From: Camelus ferus
Taxonomy: Eukaryota
Reading direction: 5' to 3'
Length of the DNA: 64,000 nt
Assembly: GCF_009834535.1 (NCBI RefSeq)
Contig: NC_045696.1
Coordinates: 49,354,001-49,418,000, forward strand
Program-made: the position numbers and the translations under genes
In this document: positions 59,241 through 64,000 of the stretch, in pieces
Layout: each line of letters opens with the position of its first letter
How positions within the stretch are numbered: the first letter of the stretch is position 1
Notes under the pieces: generated by a model
Seen by the model: only the letters and a program-made list of their open reading frames with translations
What the model was told of the DNA's origin: nothing
The model's database searches: none

Positions 59241-60324
59241 AAGCTGAGACTTTTTATTTCTGTGAACTATTCTATGAAAGCTATAATTAAGGGAGAAAAA
59301 AATGCATGTTGAATTTTTCAAAATCTTTTTACCTTACTCTGTATTGTGACAGTTTTCGCATGCCTGTGCTTTTTTAACATTTTTATTAGATCCTGGAGGA
59401 AGTCTGTCACTCACATGAGCAAGGAAAATTTGTCATTGGATGACATCATTGTTGATCATCTCAGGATCAAGTGCAGGAAGCAGGTCACTACAGCAGGGAC
59501 AGGTTGTAACCAAGTTGTGGGTTTCATTAAAAAAAATCTTCTGAATGATGTAACTCTGAGTTCTGAACCCTTCAAGCTGCCGTCGTATAAAGAGAGCCTA
59601 CGAGTTTTTTTGGGGGGGGTGACAAATGAATAGGTCTTCCAGATCTTTGGCTAAGAATTCCCCCAAGTACTGGGTCTGGACTAAGGAAAAGGAATCTGCA
59701 TTTGTGCAAACTATTTATTTAATTCTTGTGCACACTCTGAGAAACACTGCTAGTAAAAGCTCATTGTGCAACAGGGTCCTGCAACGTTAGGTTCTTTTTT
59801 CTTTTTTCAACACTCTGTTAACAGGTAATGTAGTGATTCTCAAACTGCCCCTGAGAGCCTTATGGACCCACACATGTGCCTCTGGACTGATCCCAGGCCA
59901 GAACATCCGAGCTTTTATTTATATATATTCATTTATAAAGTGGTAGCACATAAGAATTCATTTGAAAGAAAAAAAAGAACGCTGCTGTTAACAGCAAAAC
60001 AAAACACCACTGGGAGCAGTAACAACATTTGAAAGCCACTGGACCAAATAGGTTATTTGTAAAGCTCTCTGTGTCAGGCTCTACCTGCCCCTCTGTCTTT
60101 GCAGCCTGCTGAAGCTAGGTTTTCTACTTGCCTCCCCTGCAGCTGGGCCCTCTGGCACCACTGCCAATACAGTCTGGAGCAGGGGCCTTCTTGGCTGCCT
60201 CCACACCATCTTCTGGTGGGCGTGGATTCTGTGGTGGTCCCCGCTGTGGTGTCTGGGCTCTTTGGTCACCAGCAGGTGGCTGTGGTCCCTACTGATGGAC
60301 TTGGGTGGCTGCCCGATTTCCTAG

Positions 60325-60560
60325 GGAGAGGCAGTGAGGCTTAAGGAAGAGAGCAAAGGCTTTGAAGTCAGACAGACTTGGAGTCTAGCTTGGACTCTGC
60401 CTTTTCTTAACTTTTTGATCTTAAGCAAACTGTCTCAAGTCTCAAGTTCTGCTTTTCAAGTCTGAGCATGGGAGCATTCACCTTTCAGGGTTGTTAGAGA
60501 ATTCATTTAAGTATATAACGAGCCTAGCATAGTACCTGATATTAGAAGGTGCTCAATGAG
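60325..60560 (+). mobile_element. MIR SINE
   Basis: GGCTTTGAAGTCAGACAGACTTGG...CAGGGTTGTT...CCTAGCATAGTACCTGA...GTGCTCAAT. Confidence 0.75.
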
Positions 60561-61029
60561 GGGAAATTTAAATTGCAGCTTAAGGGTTGTGCTGCCAAAG
60601 TGTGCTTGTTGCTTGATGTGACATCAGTGGGCTTTCCAGATTTTGTAGGGGGTTCATATTTAGTTTCAGATTGGACTCTGAAGTTATTTGGAGGTGAAGG
60701 ATATTTTATGTGATGGCACTTAGGTGTAAACTATTTGACAATGTCTCATCATAAGAGACTGTGAGGGAATAAGTTAACCAAAAGCTAGCTGAGGTTTGAG
60801 CAAAATAACAGAGAAGCATGGAGGAATCAGACATCAGATAGGAGCTTATTGTCTATCCGAGAACTGTAAAAACCTTTGCCCAAATTAGCATCAATTTTTA
60901 CCCTGGTTATAAGATACATAGTGCCAATGATACAGCACTTCAGTTTGAATTCACCGCTTTAACTCCTTATAAGGGATTCTGCAGTAACATTAGACTTTCA
61001 GATTTAAACTGCAAGGTGACCTGCTTATT

Positions 61030-61730
61030 ATTACTACCTAAATTGTATTGAATGCTTAGATCAACAGGCATTATGTTACGCATTTTACACACTAATTTCA
61101 TTTAAACTCCAATGAGTCTGTATGAGGCAGTATTTTACAGGGTGGACACTGCAGCCCAGCTGTGAAGAACTTGCCCAGGATAACAAAACAGGGCAGGGTG
61201 GCACTGGAACCCTAGTTGTCCACCTCCAAGTCCACATTGCAAGTTAGTTAACACCAGGCCGCTCGGTTACTTTCAGTCAGAGCTTAATCAGAAAGGGGAG
61301 AGCAGGGCTCCAGCCACAGCCCCTCTGTGTCTGTTCTTCCTCTAGTTCCTCTGGTCTCCCAGCTAGCAACAAGGCAGCTCTCAGTGTTCAGGCACTTGAA
61401 AAATTAAAGAAAGGCAAAATTATCATTAATTAATTCTGAAGCAAGGGAATGAGTGCTTATATATATCCAAGACTGAGATCATTTCCCTCAACATAAACAT
61501 AATAGCCATCATTACTGAGTGCTTTCACCAAGTGGATGACATGTCACTGCATGTAATACCCGCGTCACCCTATGAGACATCATCACCCCCATGGGAACCG
61601 AGGCGGAGAAATTTTGAGTTACTTTAACATGGTCACTTTGTTAGTAAGTAGTGGAGCCACTAACGGGATGCTAGTCCTGATGGATCTGATTCTGAAGTTT
61701 GTGACCTTAACCTCTGTACTACACTGTCTT
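61030..61730 (-). mobile_element. Two MIR SINEs (~61030-61250 and ~61500-61730)
   Basis: ATTTTACAGGGTGGACACTG..AACTTGCCCAGGATAAC; AATAGCCATCATTACTGAGTGCTT..CCCTATGAG..TTAGTAAGTAGTGGAGCC. Confidence 0.65.
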
Positions 61731-62333
61731 TAGTATTTGTAGGGGATTTATATATTCCTCATTCACACATGTCTTCATCAGAGTGTAAGTACCATAAATC
61801 CTCTTTTTTTAAAAATTTGCTTCTACTTTCCTGTAGTGTCCAGTACAAAGGGGTCCACACAGCAAAGGCAGAGTGGCTTCTAAGATCTTCTGCTATCCAA
61901 AGGGGGAAAGGCGGGGGAGTGCCTTTATGAGCTGAATAATACCACTGGCCAAATCTCTTTTGCCTTGCTGATTCTTGTGGATCAACCCTCTCCCATGGAG
62001 AAATCTCATAAATCTTCAAAGGTCTTCACTGGGTGGGCAATTTATCAGTCTGCTTTTGTATCTTCCTGGTAAGTGTCAGCTGATTTACATGACTATCTCT
62101 GAAAGCAACAGAAACCCACAAGATGACTTGAGTTTCTCTGGGAAGAAACACACCAGGCTACGATCCTGCCATCTTGTTTATTCTTCATTCTAAACATTCA
62201 TCAGGTGAATGGCAGTGCTCTTTCTTTATAACATACAGATGTTAGTATCTGTCTCTGCATTCCTTGAATTTACACCATCCTGGTAAAAAGACACAAGGCA
62301 ACAAAGGAGACTGTATAAGCATGCCTTCTTATG

Positions 62334-62338
<5 letters not shown>

Positions 62339-62400
<62 letters not shown>
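62339..62400. repeat. (CA)31 microsatellite
   Basis: Perfect CA run seen directly. Confidence 0.97.
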
Positions 62401-62404
<4 letters not shown>

Positions 62405-62409
62405 AGTCT

Positions 62410-62630
62410 TTATATTATTTTCATAGTGTTGGTTAGTAAAATTTACTAAGGTTTTCTGCATAAATCATTTTACCTAATCCTCAAAACATACAGGAGGTAG
62501 AGATTACTGTTGGACATTGTATAGATAAGGAAAATTAGGTTTTAGGGGTCAAAAACTCACCCAAATAACAGAGGTTAATGACCAGTGGGGTTGGAATTTT
62601 AACTCATGTTTTCAGCAGAAAAGTCTGCTG
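62410..62630 (-). mobile_element. MIR fragment
   Basis: CTAATCCTCAAAAC..GAGGTAG..CATTGTATAGATAAGGAAAATTAGG. Confidence 0.6.
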
Positions 62631-64000
62631 TCCCTTCTCAATATGAAGGTGATGTTACTTTAGTGTTGCTTCAAACTGGTATTTACATTTTCCTTAACTT
62701 TTAAAATCTTTTCATCTTGTTTCTCCATATTGTCTTGTGTGTTTATGGTTCCCTTATGCATAATTATTGACAAGTACTGGAGAGTTGAGCTAGCTAAGCC
62801 TTTCAGCCATTTGGGTTACCCTCTATTTTCCATCTCAAAAACACCCGCACTGGAGCTCATTAGAGCACTTCCTTGTGATCCATCAAAGTCTTCTAGGACT
62901 ACTTGGATGAAAGTTATGCTCATAACTACATGCGAAAAAGATTTAAACCACTGTTGAAAGTTGCATGTTTTCTAAATATTGTTGGATGAAAAAATTTGCA
63001 AGTGAACTTAATCATGTGATAAAGATGATGATCTTTTTTTAATTTATGTTTGACTCATTTAAAAATGATATTAGACTAGTCCAACAGAAGAAGTCCTTAT
63101 ACAATATGAGACCATCTGCAATGTGGTCTCTGAGCTCTAAGCAGCAGAGATACGGGAGAAAATAGATTGGTGGATGAAATTCTAAACACTGTAAAGGATC
63201 TCTTGAATCCTGACTTGACCTTGTCTAGAGGATCTCCACTGTAGTGGCTGTGTTAACATTAAAAATAGCTTTGCTAAAATAATAGTCCAAATGTTTCTGA
63301 AAATTTATAATAGTATATACAGCACACTTTGTAACATTAAAAAGTTACATAAAATAAATTATATGAGGGTTCTCATATGTTCCTGCAATGAGGTTTGGTA
63401 ATATGTACAAGGATCAGAATGAAAATACAGATTTCTGCTGCCTTCAGTGCTTTTTGAAGCAAGATGGATAAATAATAATTTAAGAAATTAATTTCTCTTC
63501 AAGTCAAACTGGCTAACATAGCCAGATTCAAAATAGCTTTTGGCTTTTTGTAGCTCATGTGGACTGAATACTCTCTAATTGGAACTTGGCATTTGAACCA
63601 GTTGATAACAAGCAACTGTTTCATAATACTGTAAATTAAGATCACTCTAGGTGATCTCAGTTATTCTGAAAGGGCATCACATTTATCAAAGCGTATTTAC
63701 TGTGTGTCTACTATAGGCATAGATACCATGTTTTCATTGTATACACTTTGGCTGCTGCCACTGCACTCTTTCCCACTGATTTGAAAGCCATCTTCTGATT
63801 TCTTGTAGGATCAGTGCTTAGAATGTCAGCAAATCCAACCCATCACCTCTCTGGATACATCGCCTTCCTACCAGTCTAAGCGCAGTGTTCTTTTAAAACC
63901 AAGTAGGGACTTTCCATGATTGTTTCTGGCCCCTGGATTACCCATTGGTTTTCTTCTTTCCCAGTAACTGCATTCTAAAGCAGCTCCAAACTTCTATTTA

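Noticed and set aside
60081..60344. Acceptor-like site followed by an 81-aa ORF
   Set aside because: No recognisable homology or convincing donor, and it runs into a MIR.
1..64000. CRISPR arrays, operons, prokaryotic systems, rRNA
   Set aside because: Sequence is mammalian repeat-rich DNA; no repeat-spacer arrays or dense coding regions.

Overview
Mammalian non-coding DNA, most likely camelid: it carries a Vic-1-type tRNA-derived SINE and an artiodactyl-type L1 3' end. It is AT-rich and CpG-depleted, and looks like a large intron or gene-poor intergenic interval. I find no credible protein-coding gene, tRNA, rRNA or CRISPR array; the listed ORFs are chance ORFs or decayed L1 ORF2 pieces. Much of the window is interspersed repeat (L1, L2, MIR, MaLR/ERVL LTRs, hAT MER5/MER53) plus microsatellites. 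The main hidden signal is a heavily decayed, apparently near full-length RTE-clade LINE on the minus strand (~21.8-30.0 kb), probably RTE-X/L4. Its esterase-like ORF1, AP-endonuclease, reverse-transcriptase and C-terminal motifs can still be read in the correct order across three younger nested insertions. A second RTE-like fragment lies at ~5.4-5.8 kb. Several repeat-free, motif-dense blocks look like candidate enhancers, and two junctions look like templated DNA-repair scars. Repeat subfamily names are from recall of consensus sequences by eye and boundaries are approximate; none of this was checked against a database.
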